A DNA stretch of 64,000 nucleotides from an uncultured virus (IMG/VR IMGVR_UViG_3300025133_000062) (lineage: Duplodnaviria; Heunggongvirae; Uroviricota; Caudoviricetes): IMG/VR virus record IMGVR_UViG_3300025133_000062; one strand, given 5' to 3'. The translations under genes and the position numbers were made by a program. A model generated the notes under the pieces. The model had not been told where the DNA came from. It saw nothing but the letters and a program-made list of their open reading frames with translations, and did not search any database. This document shows, piece after piece, positions 9,224 through 17,125 of the stretch. Numbering within the stretch: the first letter of the stretch is position 1; each line of letters opens with the position of its first letter.

Positions 9224-9778
9224 TCAGTCGGCGCTTTGATCGGGCTGTAATTTGTCGAGTGGAGGAAGAGATTCACTCAATTTATTCAGCCCACATTGCG
9301 AACGCCTACGCTGGGTATTGCCGGAAGCATCCGTCAATTTTGCTGGGGCAGCGAAGTCATCCTGCAAGTCTTTGACCGCTTTCAATCGTGATCTGCGAAG
9401 CTCCAATAATTCGTGGACTTCGGTGGTCAATTCAGAAATCAAGGGAAATTTCTGGTAAGTACATTTTCGTAAAAATTCGTTCGATGCTATGTCCAGCAAA
9501 TCGACCGGGTATTGGCTCAGAATGTCGTAGTATTTCAGCAGGGCTTCCTGGCTAGGCAGTTTGCATTGCTGGGTGGCGGCGATTACCGCCAGCATGCGTC
9601 CCACTTGTTCTTTACCGGCTGGGCGCAAGCTCTGTTCCGCGGCTTCGATCTGCACTTCAAATAATTCGCTGCGCTGCTCGGCAGGTAGCATGGTTGGGTC
9701 ACACCTGCTTGGCTCTTTCGGTGGCCGCTTGGAAATGGTCGAAGATTTGACGACTGTCAGGTTTTGCTGCTTTGACAT
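9224..9778 (-). CDS. Putative helicase loader / replication accessory protein
   Basis: Follows initiator; YYDILSQYP...FLRKCTYQKFPLISEL resembles phage P-like loaders. Confidence 0.5.
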   Translation of the reverse strand: MSKQQNLTVVKSSTISKRPPKEPSRCDPTMLPAEQRSELFEVQIEAAEQSLRPAGKEQVGRMLAVIAATQQCKLPSQEALLKYYDILSQYPVDLLDIASNEFLRKCTYQKFPLISELTTEVHELLELRRSRLKAVKDLQDDFAAPAKLTDASGNTQRRRSQCGLNKLSESLPPLDKLQPDQSAD

Positions 9779-10328
9779 TTTTTCGTCCTTCCGAACGTCT
9801 GATCCAGTTGTACCAAGCCTGTTCCCAATTTGAATATCGGATGTCCTTGGCTAAAGCCCAGGACTTGAACTGGTTGGTTTGATCCATGAAATCTACATCG
9901 GGGCGACTGCTGGTTGCCCACGCCGCCATCTTGGGCGTGATTTCAAAATCGTCTGGCAATGGGAGTGATGGTTTTTTGCGGGAGGATTTTTTATTATATA
10001 TATTATTATTATTAATATTAACTACTGTTTTATCTTTAAGGGGGGTAGCTTGTTCAGCGGGCTGAACTTTTAGTTCAGTATACTGAACATCGTACAGTAT
10101 ACTGAACGCCCTACCGTCCCGTTTTATAAGTCCGTTTTTGGCTAATTTATCGATATTTTCCTTTGTCCAGGCCTTGGACCTTCCAACCATTTTTCCTAGC
10201 TGTTCGTAGGTAGATTGCACGTATCCGTGTTTATTCAAACATGCGCTCATGGCAGCAAGGAGGGCAATTTGGGCGGGGTCCAAACCTCTGTCGAAAATAT
10301 TCGCCGGGATAACGGCAAACTTACCCAT
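9699..10328 (-). CDS. Replication initiator (lambda O-like; N-terminal wHTH, C-terminal DnaT-like region)
   Basis: HTH TYEQLGKMVGRSKAW; LPDDFEIT...FKSW...YSNWEQAWYNWIRR; internal iterons and AT-rich tract. Confidence 0.8.
   Translation of the reverse strand: MGKFAVIPANIFDRGLDPAQIALLAAMSACLNKHGYVQSTYEQLGKMVGRSKAWTKENIDKLAKNGLIKRDGRAFSILYDVQYTELKVQPAEQATPLKDKTVVNINNNNIYNKKSSRKKPSLPLPDDFEITPKMAAWATSSRPDVDFMDQTNQFKSWALAKDIRYSNWEQAWYNWIRRSEGRKNVKAAKPDSRQIFDHFQAATERAKQV
9988..10107. other. Putative replication origin inside the initiator gene
   Basis: Three GT(T/A)CAG-N4-CTGAAC palindromes (10052, 10073, 10092) next to an AT-only tract. Confidence 0.7.
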
Positions 10329-10569
10329 TGACTAACTCTGGAATCGATTCTGAGGGTTGTGATGCCCTATACCGCTGTAGCCGTTCGATCATCTTTTGTT
10401 TTTGGGTATCGGAGATCACGACCTTCTTTCTGAAGGGGTTCTTTCCCAGCCGGAACGGGAACAGTTCGCATCGTTCGATGGGGCATTTTTCGGGTTCAAG
10501 AAGTGATCCGCCTGAACAATCTATGCAATGGGCGCGGATCGCCTTCACTGGATTTCTGCTGTAATCCAT
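10321..10569 (-). CDS. Small Cys-rich (probable Zn-binding) phage protein
   Basis: AIRAHCIDCSGG...CPIERCELFPFR. Confidence 0.7.
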   Translation of the reverse strand: MDYSRNPVKAIRAHCIDCSGGSLLEPEKCPIERCELFPFRLGKNPFRKKVVISDTQKQKMIERLQRYRASQPSESIPELVNG

Positions 10570-10694
10570 TCGGCTATCTCCTTTTTTTGGTCGTTTGTTT
10601 TTTTGCGTCGGTTTTGTTTTTCTATTCTACGCAAACGGTATTTTGGTGTTCTGAGGTCAGCAGCTATTGGGTTCCTCTTTTTTTTCTTTTTCAT
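10545..10694 (-). CDS. 49-aa basic protein, ArfA-like (not in ORF track)
   Basis: AGGAG RBS; MKKKKKRNPIAADLRTPKYRLRRIEKQNRRKK...; fills the gap between two genes. Confidence 0.6.
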   Translation of the reverse strand: MKKKKKRNPIAADLRTPKYRLRRIEKQNRRKKTNDQKKEIAEWITAEIQ

Positions 10695-11007
10695 TTTTTT
10701 CTCCTATAAGAGAATTGAAGATGCTGATGGGCATAAGCACATTGGGCGGTTTATGATCTGCTACCAAAAACAGAAGGTCATTATCTCCCAACCACTTCAG
10801 AATGGTCGTGAAACCGCCGCCCGTTGACCGTGCTTTAACTTCGCCCGTGAGTTGCTGTCCGTTAATATGGATATCAATATCACCGGCAAAACGCCCACCA
10901 GCAGAACCAGACAAAGGAACACGGGCAGCATCAATGCCGGCATCCCGAAGTAAATTGACAATTTTTCTTTCATTCCGCGCTCCTTTGTCGCGGCTGAATT
11001 TTCCCAT
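10657..11007 (-). CDS. Holliday junction resolvase (Hjc-like PD-(D/E)XK)
   Basis: SRDKGARNER, RVPLSGS, GDI, EVKAR. Confidence 0.85.
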   Translation of the reverse strand: MGKFSRDKGARNERKIVNLLRDAGIDAARVPLSGSAGGRFAGDIDIHINGQQLTGEVKARSTGGGFTTILKWLGDNDLLFLVADHKPPNVLMPISIFNSLIGEKNEKEKKEEPNSC

Positions 11008-11258
11008 CAGATGGGACCGGCAAGGCCGCAGTAACCTCGGTTCGATCTATACCAGCGCCATGCCATGCAATCTTCGCCGTAACACTTCGTTGCGGGGCGA
11101 TCCATTGAGTCGCGGTTGACCCCGGCAGCAACAAAGTCAGTTACCGGCGGAACTAGTCTGGCATCGCTATAGGCGGGGTCACACATTGGTTTGGTTTCCA
11201 GTATGTTGCCGAACGGACACCATTTTTCTCTTTGCTCTTCTTCGCGTCGGTAATTCAT
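11007..11258 (-). CDS. Hypothetical Cys-containing phage protein
   Basis: KWCPF...CYGEDCMAWRW...GYCGLAG; GAGG RBS. Confidence 0.7.
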   Translation of the reverse strand: MNYRREEEQREKWCPFGNILETKPMCDPAYSDARLVPPVTDFVAAGVNRDSMDRPATKCYGEDCMAWRWYRSNRGYCGLAGPI

Positions 11259-11259
11259 C

Positions 11260-11496
11260 TTAACTCCTCGGTTTAAGGGCTAGTTCGCATCCCAGAGCTT
11301 GCGCCCAGCAATGCAGCAAAAATCCGCTTGGTTTACGCATGCCGACTTCCCATTTGGCAACAAGGCCGTTGGCAACACCGATTTCTAAATCGAGGTCGGC
11401 TTGGGCGATGCCTAAACTTTTTCGTCTTTCGACAAGTTGCGGTATAACGCTTTGGGAAAACACTTTGACTTCTCCTGGGTCGTGTTTTGCTGACAT
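11260..11496 (-). CDS. XRE-family HTH protein
   Basis: RRKSLGIAQADLDLEIGVANGLVAKWEVGMRKPS...WAQALGC. Confidence 0.8.
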   Translation of the reverse strand: MSAKHDPGEVKVFSQSVIPQLVERRKSLGIAQADLDLEIGVANGLVAKWEVGMRKPSGFLLHCWAQALGCELALKPRS

Positions 11497-11503
11497 GGGA
11501 AGC

Positions 11504-11689
11504 CTATCTTGTATATGTGACCATATAATTGGCCACGGTTTGCGCCTGCTTTTCTCTCGGAGTTGTCGTTCCTTGAATCCAGCGATAGTAAGTTGTGTCG
11601 GCGATTCCTGCATCCATGCAGGCTTCCCGTAATTCCCAACCCGTGTTTTCTGCGATTTCTTTAAGCTGCGTAAGGTAATTTTTAAACAT
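11504..11689 (-). CDS. cro: Cro-like HTH protein (probably leaderless mRNA)
   Basis: LREACMDAGIADTTYYRWIQGTTTPR; divergent from cI-like gene; -10 element 7 nt before ATG and no SD. Confidence 0.7.
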   Translation of the reverse strand: MFKNYLTQLKEIAENTGWELREACMDAGIADTTYYRWIQGTTTPREKQAQTVANYMVTYTR

Positions 11690-11696
11690 ATATATA

Positions 11697-11725
11697 TAAA
11701 TACCTGCGCTTGTGCAGGAAATCAA
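11697..11725 (-). promoter_or_regulatory. cro promoter TTGATT-17-TATTTA with operator CTGCG-N4-TGCAG (11704-11717) in the spacer
   Basis: Operator lies in the same register as in the 9167-9195 promoter. Confidence 0.7.
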
Positions 11726-11766
11726 GTAGTTTATGCTTTTTTTGTGCAGTGCGGAATGTTTGTCTA

Positions 11767-11799
11767 TTGACATGATTCTAAATAACTGCAAATGTGCAG
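11767..11799 (+). promoter_or_regulatory. Putative repressor promoter (-35 TTGACA) overlapped by operator 11786-11799
   Basis: TTGACA at 11767; ctgcaaatgtgcag downstream. Confidence 0.55.
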
Positions 11800-11841
11800 G
11801 CGAGGAAGGAATGTGACCTTTTTTGTGTTTTAGGAGTATTA

Positions 11842-12426
11842 ATGTCGGATTCCAAAGAGAAGTTAGCTTCATGGATGAATGAGGTAATGTCTTCAAACAA
11901 TTGGACTGCCGAAGAATGGGCGCGTAAAGCAGAAACATCTGCCACCAACATCACCCGTTTTTTAAAAGAATTAAAATATTACCCGTCTGGCCGCACTATA
12001 GATGCGCTTGCTGGCTGTACTAATATACCAGTGCCGATAGGCGGGGATAGTTTTCATATATCTGGGCGCTCCCTACGGGTTATCGAACCTGCGCTTGGCA
12101 AGGTCGAGGCTTTGTGGGAGCAAAGCGATGAACATGTCATCACTCTGGAGCCCGTTAGTGACGGCTCTTTTGCCGTCAAACTTTGTTCTGATCGCATGTC
12201 TATGGCTGGCATGCTCCCCGGCGATGTCATCATTGTTGAGCCGGTCAAAGTTGTTAAACCCCTTCCCAATGATGTTGTTGTCTATTTCACGGAAGATGGT
12301 GTAGAGGCAGGGCGGTGGCACCCGCCCTTTCTCATGCCGCAATCATCTGCCGAAGATCATCTGCCGGTGAAATTACAGAGCGTCCATGTTCTCGGTGTCG
12401 CCAGACAAAGCATCCGGCGCTTCTAA
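11842..12426 (+). CDS. cI: CI/LexA-like repressor: HTH plus degenerate S24 domain
   Basis: N-terminal HTH (AEEWARKAETSATNITRFL); C-terminal FAVKL-SDRM-AGMLPGDVIIV...VLGV; only rightward gene in the early region. Confidence 0.8.
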   Translation: MSDSKEKLASWMNEVMSSNNWTAEEWARKAETSATNITRFLKELKYYPSGRTIDALAGCTNIPVPIGGDSFHISGRSLRVIEPALGKVEALWEQSDEHVITLEPVSDGSFAVKLCSDRMSMAGMLPGDVIIVEPVKVVKPLPNDVVVYFTEDGVEAGRWHPPFLMPQSSAEDHLPVKLQSVHVLGVARQSIRRF

Positions 12427-12666
12427 AGGCCACCACTGTAGTGGCCCCTCAATTAACACGATGCTGATTTCAAAATCGGCATCATTGTCGTTGTCGTAAT
12501 ACCATCTGTACATTCCCGGATCTCCCGGAGAATATTCCTTAGTGGCGGGCTTTGCCGCCTCGGTGAGGTTTATTATCTCACTTAAGTTTGTTGCTGAATA
12601 AGGCAGAATCATCTGCCTGTATCCCCATTTAAAAATAATGTATGGTTTGGCCATATTTCTCTCCAT
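12373..12666 (-). CDS. Hypothetical protein
   Basis: Directly follows DUF932 gene; GGAG RBS. Confidence 0.55.
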   Translation of the reverse strand: MERNMAKPYIIFKWGYRQMILPYSATNLSEIINLTEAAKPATKEYSPGDPGMYRWYYDNDNDADFEISIVLIEGPLQWWPLEAPDALSGDTENMDAL

Positions 12667-13617
12667 CTATGCCGCGATACTTTCAATTTTTTTCCAATGC
12701 TTTGATTTAAGCATTGACGCCACCTTGCTTTCTCTGGTGCGCTCAACATTATGAATTTGGGCATTGCCTTTGACTTCACCGACATGGGTCGCCCATTCCG
12801 TAGCGGCGTTGTAAGTCCCCCAGAGGTTTCTTCCGCATTGGCGGAAGTTCTCTGAGAGGAGTTGGTCAAGACGTTCCATTGTCTTAACTGAGTGGTTGAA
12901 GTATTCGTCATTCACTTTCTGCGCTTGGGGCGCAAAGGCGATGGTCTTGCTGAATAATTCTTCAGCTTCCTCAATGCTGACGGGGGTATGTACCCAGCGA
13001 CGGAACCGTTCTTCATTGCTGGAGAAGGCTTCGACACCACGCTCTATGCTGTCGATCATGCGCTGGATGGTTTCATCATTGCCGATGTTTTTGGTGTGCT
13101 TGGCGTAGAAGTTGAGTTTGAAGTCTGGTGAGGTGCAGCCGTTCAAGCACCAGAGGCGCAGGCCGTCCAGGGTGACTTTGCGGCCCCAGGAGCCGTCATA
13201 GGAATCGAAATCCCGCAGGCGCATCTTGGTGATGTCGCCAATGGCCGGTTCAATTACATGGCGGGGAAAGAGGACATCAAGTTTCATTTTTCTGCCATCC
13301 TCAAAGACTTCGAAGTTCATGGGGGCGTCGGTGGCATCCAGCTTATCTTGAAAGCCAAGTTCTTGAATGGCGTTGGCTACCTGCGTAGCGTGGCGGGTGT
13401 AGCCGTCATGGTGGTAGGCTCCGCTGTGGATGCCCAGCGAGGTGCCGGTGTCTGCGCGGAACCATTCAAACTTGTCGGGGATTTCTTCAAATTTAGGCTC
13501 TTGGAATGTATAGGGGAAAGCGCCCCTCCGCTGACCATAAACGGGCTGGCGGGTTACCTCAAAGTCGATGGCTGACATATCGGCTTCGACTGTATTAATG
13601 GGGGTAATTGTGTCCAT
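12667..13617 (-). CDS. DUF932 (DUF945-like) phage/plasmid protein
   Basis: RADTGTSLG, SYDGSW, RLWCLNG, KHT, NLWGTYNAATEWATH. Confidence 0.85.
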   Translation of the reverse strand: MDTITPINTVEADMSAIDFEVTRQPVYGQRRGAFPYTFQEPKFEEIPDKFEWFRADTGTSLGIHSGAYHHDGYTRHATQVANAIQELGFQDKLDATDAPMNFEVFEDGRKMKLDVLFPRHVIEPAIGDITKMRLRDFDSYDGSWGRKVTLDGLRLWCLNGCTSPDFKLNFYAKHTKNIGNDETIQRMIDSIERGVEAFSSNEERFRRWVHTPVSIEEAEELFSKTIAFAPQAQKVNDEYFNHSVKTMERLDQLLSENFRQCGRNLWGTYNAATEWATHVGEVKGNAQIHNVERTRESKVASMLKSKHWKKIESIAA

Positions 13618-13628
13618 AGTTACTCTCC

Positions 13629-13745
13629 TTACCTGCGTTTGTGCAGGTTTTTGTTGAAAAATATATCATGGATAGCTGCGCTTGCAGCAAAAATGAATGC
13701 TCCGATTACAATAGCCCAGAAGGCTGTTTCTGTAAGTGGCATCAT
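13629..13745 (-). CDS. 38-aa single-TM peptide (not in ORF track)
   Basis: AGGAG RBS, ATGA overlap; MMPLTETAFWAIVIGAFIFAASAAIHDIFFNKNLHKRR. Confidence 0.55.
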   Translation of the reverse strand: MMPLTETAFWAIVIGAFIFAASAAIHDIFFNKNLHKRR

Positions 13746-13996
13746 TCATCTCCTTGATTAACCATTGTTTTTTCAGCAATAGTTCTGCTGATATTAACAG
13801 CAATTATTACTGATACAGGGATAACACTAAATAGTGCAGCTAATCCCAGTGTAAATCCACTTAGGGTTAAAATCAATATGATTCCTGCATTAACGCAGAA
13901 ATAAATAAAGATTCCTGCTCCCAGCCGGTAACTGGCGTAACGCCACCATTCCCAATTGGGGATGGATTGAAAGAGTGTTTTGGCTGTTTTGATCAT
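13742..13996 (-). CDS. Small membrane protein
   Basis: Two hydrophobic helices; ATGA coupling. Confidence 0.6.
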   Translation of the reverse strand: MIKTAKTLFQSIPNWEWWRYASYRLGAGIFIYFCVNAGIILILTLSGFTLGLAALFSVIPVSVIIAVNISRTIAEKTMVNQGDE

Positions 13997-14286
13997 TGTA
14001 TTGCTCCATCAAGTGGGCGTGGACCTTTTTGCCATCCTTTTATTGTTAATTTGTCGTATCCTACGATTTTCTTCATGGCGTAAAGGGTAACGCTAACCAA
14101 GGCACCGGTTACAAGGGCGATCATCATGCCGTGGAAAGTGCCGAACATGACGAATGTGAGAAATACGGTAGTGCCTGCGTCAATCCAGATGTCAAAGGCA
14201 AGTACCTTGCGGATGTTGCCGAACTTAAAGACGAGAAACAACACCGCTGCGGCGGCAAATATCGCACCGAAGATTATTTCAAGCAT
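13993..14286 (-). CDS. Small membrane protein
   Basis: Three hydrophobic helices; AGGAG RBS. Confidence 0.7.
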   Translation of the reverse strand: MLEIIFGAIFAAAAVLFLVFKFGNIRKVLAFDIWIDAGTTVFLTFVMFGTFHGMMIALVTGALVSVTLYAMKKIVGYDKLTIKGWQKGPRPLDGAIQ

Positions 14287-14295
14287 TTGCTTCTC

Positions 14296-14736
14296 CTATG
14301 GCTGATAAAAGGATGTCATTTGGTCGTCCATTTTAAATTTAATGGTTTTTTCTATGTCATGGAGTGCTTGTAGCTTGAATTCTGATTGGATATATTCTTG
14401 TTCAATTAATGTATCTACAAGAGTCATGGCTAATCCAATTGCTGTAAGACAATCAGGATATTCCTGTTCAGGTTCTTTGTTTTCTTGACGTTCGATGTCA
14501 AGGTCACTCATTCTACCCATTTTCCATTTCCTTTTGGCTTTGTTTCTTGCCCAGTTGGCGACTACGCTTGTTAGCGTTTCTTTTGCCATAGGGACGGAGG
14601 TGTTTTGCCCATTCTTCTGTGACTTTCTTTGCTTCTTTATTTTTTGCCATCGCTTTGCGACTCCTTTGGGGTCTGTTTTCCGATAGACATGGACTGCTGT
14701 TGCGGTCAATGCACTGATAATGCTTTCTGCTATCAT
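14296..14736 (-). CDS. Hypothetical protein
   Basis: GGAGG RBS before MIAESII; ATGA overlap with a 30-aa hydrophobic ORF at 14733-14825. Confidence 0.5.
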   Translation of the reverse strand: MIAESIISALTATAVHVYRKTDPKGVAKRWQKIKKQRKSQKNGQNTSVPMAKETLTSVVANWARNKAKRKWKMGRMSDLDIERQENKEPEQEYPDCLTAIGLAMTLVDTLIEQEYIQSEFKLQALHDIEKTIKFKMDDQMTSFYQP

Positions 14737-15222
14737 AGGAACATTCCTCCAGCGCACATGGCTAACTGACTTACTCCAAAGAATATCAATAGGATCAATA
14801 ATACCCATAATCCGAACTCCTTCATTGGTTGTCTCCTAATTGCGATGTGTGTGTACGCACAAAAGACCCGCACACCCCTCTCAGGGTGGCGGGTAAGTGG
14901 CGGGTAATTGGCTTGGCCTTTCGGCTCAAAGAGTGTCGCGTCCTTGTGTAAGCCGTGGTCTTTCCGCCGCCGTTCTGCGGTGCCTAATTCGTTATCCGCT
15001 TACTAGGTTGGGCGGCATGCCATCAACTCTCGGTGGCTTGCGACTTCGTCTGACATAACGTCAGTTGGAAATTTGTTTAGCTTTGTTGCGTCAAGCTAAT
15101 CCCTTTTAGTCATTGGCATCTCCTTCACAGAAAGACGGGGTGAGTTGCTGTACGCAAGAAAGGCCTGCACACCTCTTTCGAGGCGGTTGTCTCCTAATTG
15201 CGTTTGTTTTAGGGTTCGACCC

Positions 15223-15273
15223 AAAAAAAAATAGTGGCCCTCCTGCCCCGTAGGTGGTGGAGCAGGAGAGCCA
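15223..15273 (-). terminator. Rho-independent terminator
   Basis: TGGCTCTCCTGCTCC/GGGGCAGGAGGGCCA stem followed by T9. Confidence 0.85.
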
Positions 15274-15290
15274 GTTGAGGAGTTAATTCT

Positions 15291-15878
15291 TTAGGTCCGT
15301 TTTTTAGCGCCAACGCCGGATATCTGTAGGATGCGATTTGCTTCCAAATCATCCAGGGTGGTTACATCACGGTTGCCATCTTTTCCGCTGCTGCGGGGTT
15401 CGCTGATAACCTGATCCCAAGCCTCTATAGCTGCCGGGATGAGGTGTTTACGGAAGTTCGCTCCTTGCCGTTTGCAGTCTTTCCAATCGTTGATGGCTTC
15501 TTGGAGGTTGGTTCCCCCAATTTCCGTTCCGTCATTCTCCCGCTGGGCCTTGCCGATTTTCCATGCCAGTGATTTCAGCGCACTTTCTTTACGCTTGGTC
15601 ATGTATTCGGTTTGCCTGACGAAATTATCAAGAAGGTTCCGCCGGTCATATTCCAGCGTGGTGTCTCCTTCTTCGCACATTGCATCGACAATCGTCTGAA
15701 AGGCGTTCGACACTGTGTCGATAACCTCATAGTCTGTGTCGATGTCTTCAGAGTGGTATCCCATGCCGGTGATGGCACCTACCGTGCTTTTTGCAACGGC
15801 ATCGGCATGTTCTTCCATCTGGGCGCGGTCACGCTTTTGCTTTTCTTCGTTATATGCTTGTTCCAATGATGTAGTCAT
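15291..15878 (-). CDS. Hypothetical early protein
   Basis: AGGAG RBS before MTTSLEQ; ends at terminator. Confidence 0.7.
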   Translation of the reverse strand: MTTSLEQAYNEEKQKRDRAQMEEHADAVAKSTVGAITGMGYHSEDIDTDYEVIDTVSNAFQTIVDAMCEEGDTTLEYDRRNLLDNFVRQTEYMTKRKESALKSLAWKIGKAQRENDGTEIGGTNLQEAINDWKDCKRQGANFRKHLIPAAIEAWDQVISEPRSSGKDGNRDVTTLDDLEANRILQISGVGAKKRT

Positions 15879-15891
15879 GGTCATTCTCCTT

Positions 15892-16077
15892 CTATGAACT
15901 GTATATTGATTTATGTTCAAACTCATTGATGACTTTGATTTCTTCGTACATTGCATCAATTTCACCTTCAAGTTTCTCAATTGCTTCATTATGAATTTGG
16001 TCCGCCGAATGGCGGTTAATCGTAAGAAGCATTGCGAGTTCGTCTGATTTGATGTTAAGCTGGTCGATGATGTTCAT
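15892..16077 (-). CDS. Small hypothetical coiled-coil protein
   Basis: AGGAG RBS. Confidence 0.6.
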   Translation of the reverse strand: MNIIDQLNIKSDELAMLLTINRHSADQIHNEAIEKLEGEIDAMYEEIKVINEFEHKSIYSS

Positions 16078-16156
16078 TGGATGGTACTCCTATTTGATGA
16101 ATGAGGCGGGGAAGCTCAGTTGCTGCTGGCTCCCCGCCGTTTCGTTGGGTGATTGG

Positions 16157-16441
16157 TTAGTAGCTCTGACCGGCATCACGCCGTTTCATCATGTGACGCA
16201 CCAGCATAACAATGGGCAAGCCTATGACGGCAAGGTAGACGATTGCAGAGAAGATAATTGCCTTTGCTCCAAAGAGAGCAAGGACGAGTATTTCAATACA
16301 GAAGAACAACATTAAGACTGTGGAACCTGCAAGCGCCTTGGCCTTTGCTACCACGTAGTCTTGAAAGCTATTCCAGATACTTGCCATCTTGCTGACGGGA
16401 CGCGCAAAGTGTTCAAACTTCATAGAATGGATGTTCAACAT
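16157..16441 (-). CDS. Small membrane protein, first gene of the leftward early operon
   Basis: AGGAG RBS before MLNIHS; two TM segments. Confidence 0.6.
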   Translation of the reverse strand: MLNIHSMKFEHFARPVSKMASIWNSFQDYVVAKAKALAGSTVLMLFFCIEILVLALFGAKAIIFSAIVYLAVIGLPIVMLVRHMMKRRDAGQSY

Positions 16442-16488
16442 GGTAAATACTCCTAAATGGCAAACGAGATGCGAAACATCATGCCTCG

Positions 16489-16960
16489 CTCCCTCTCCTC
16501 TGCCTTGGTTGTTGCCCGCGAACAGCATGACAGGCTCCGCGCAGTCAGGACCGGCGAAGCCGCCAGCCCTTGCTGGGCCAGATTTAAGGCAGGATGTCAT
16601 ACTTTGAACTGTCAGTTATTTGAGGCGCACGGAGTCACGCACAGACGACTCGCCTCTTAGCGAGTCGGTGAGCATGGCGAGTACGCCGACATATTCAATG
16701 CCACAGGGCTGCAACACTGCCTTAAATCTGAGAGTCTTGATTTCGTGGATGTCATGGTACCGGAACGGCGCGGCAACCAAGACAGAGAGAGAGAGACTAC
16801 AAGCGGAGGGGCGTTACGCCGAAGGCGCCCCCGAAGCCAACTTACCCCGCTATACTGAGAACGATGTGTAGTAACACGGAACGACGACGCTGGCGTGATA
16901 ACCGCCGCTCCCCTAGATCGTAGCACTCTGAGAGAACGATAGCAGGAGGAGGGCCGTTGG
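16489..16960 (+). ncRNA. Candidate large structured non-coding RNA (or ssDNA structure)
   Basis: Nested long-range helices (16489-16515/16770-16795; 16579-16592/16717-16730 perfect 14 bp), G-U pairs and many side hairpins; no credible ORF. Confidence 0.55.
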
Positions 16961-17115
16961 GTTACCCGGCATGCTGTGCGTAGTCACCTATCCATGCAGT
17001 AGCATCATGTTCGACCAATACTTTGGGAGAACCACTGACTAAATACGTGGAAGGGACAGTAAGGCTTACCTGTAGCACTCCTGCAAAAGCACCTAAGAAA
17101 TCATGGGGATACAAA

Positions 17116-17125
17116 TGTGCGTTGA
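17116..17125 (+). promoter_or_regulatory. Putative late-promoter motif TGTGCGTTGA (also 20986-20995 and 24908-24917)
   Basis: Identical 10-mer upstream of terS, the portal operon and the major capsid gene. Confidence 0.6.

Noticed and set aside
13676..13687. Fifth operator copy ctgcgcttgcag
   Set aside because: Spacer is 2 bp shorter than in the four consistent copies, and it lies in mid-ORF
15040..15066. Hammerhead ribozyme core (CUGACG...GAA on the minus strand)
   Set aside because: The CUGAnGA consensus is not met (CUGACGU), and these bases form a simple hairpin instead
16389..16926. Short ORFs listed in the track over the structured region
   Set aside because: No clear RBS, mutually overlapping on both strands, no recognisable motifs; base-pairing explains the sequence better
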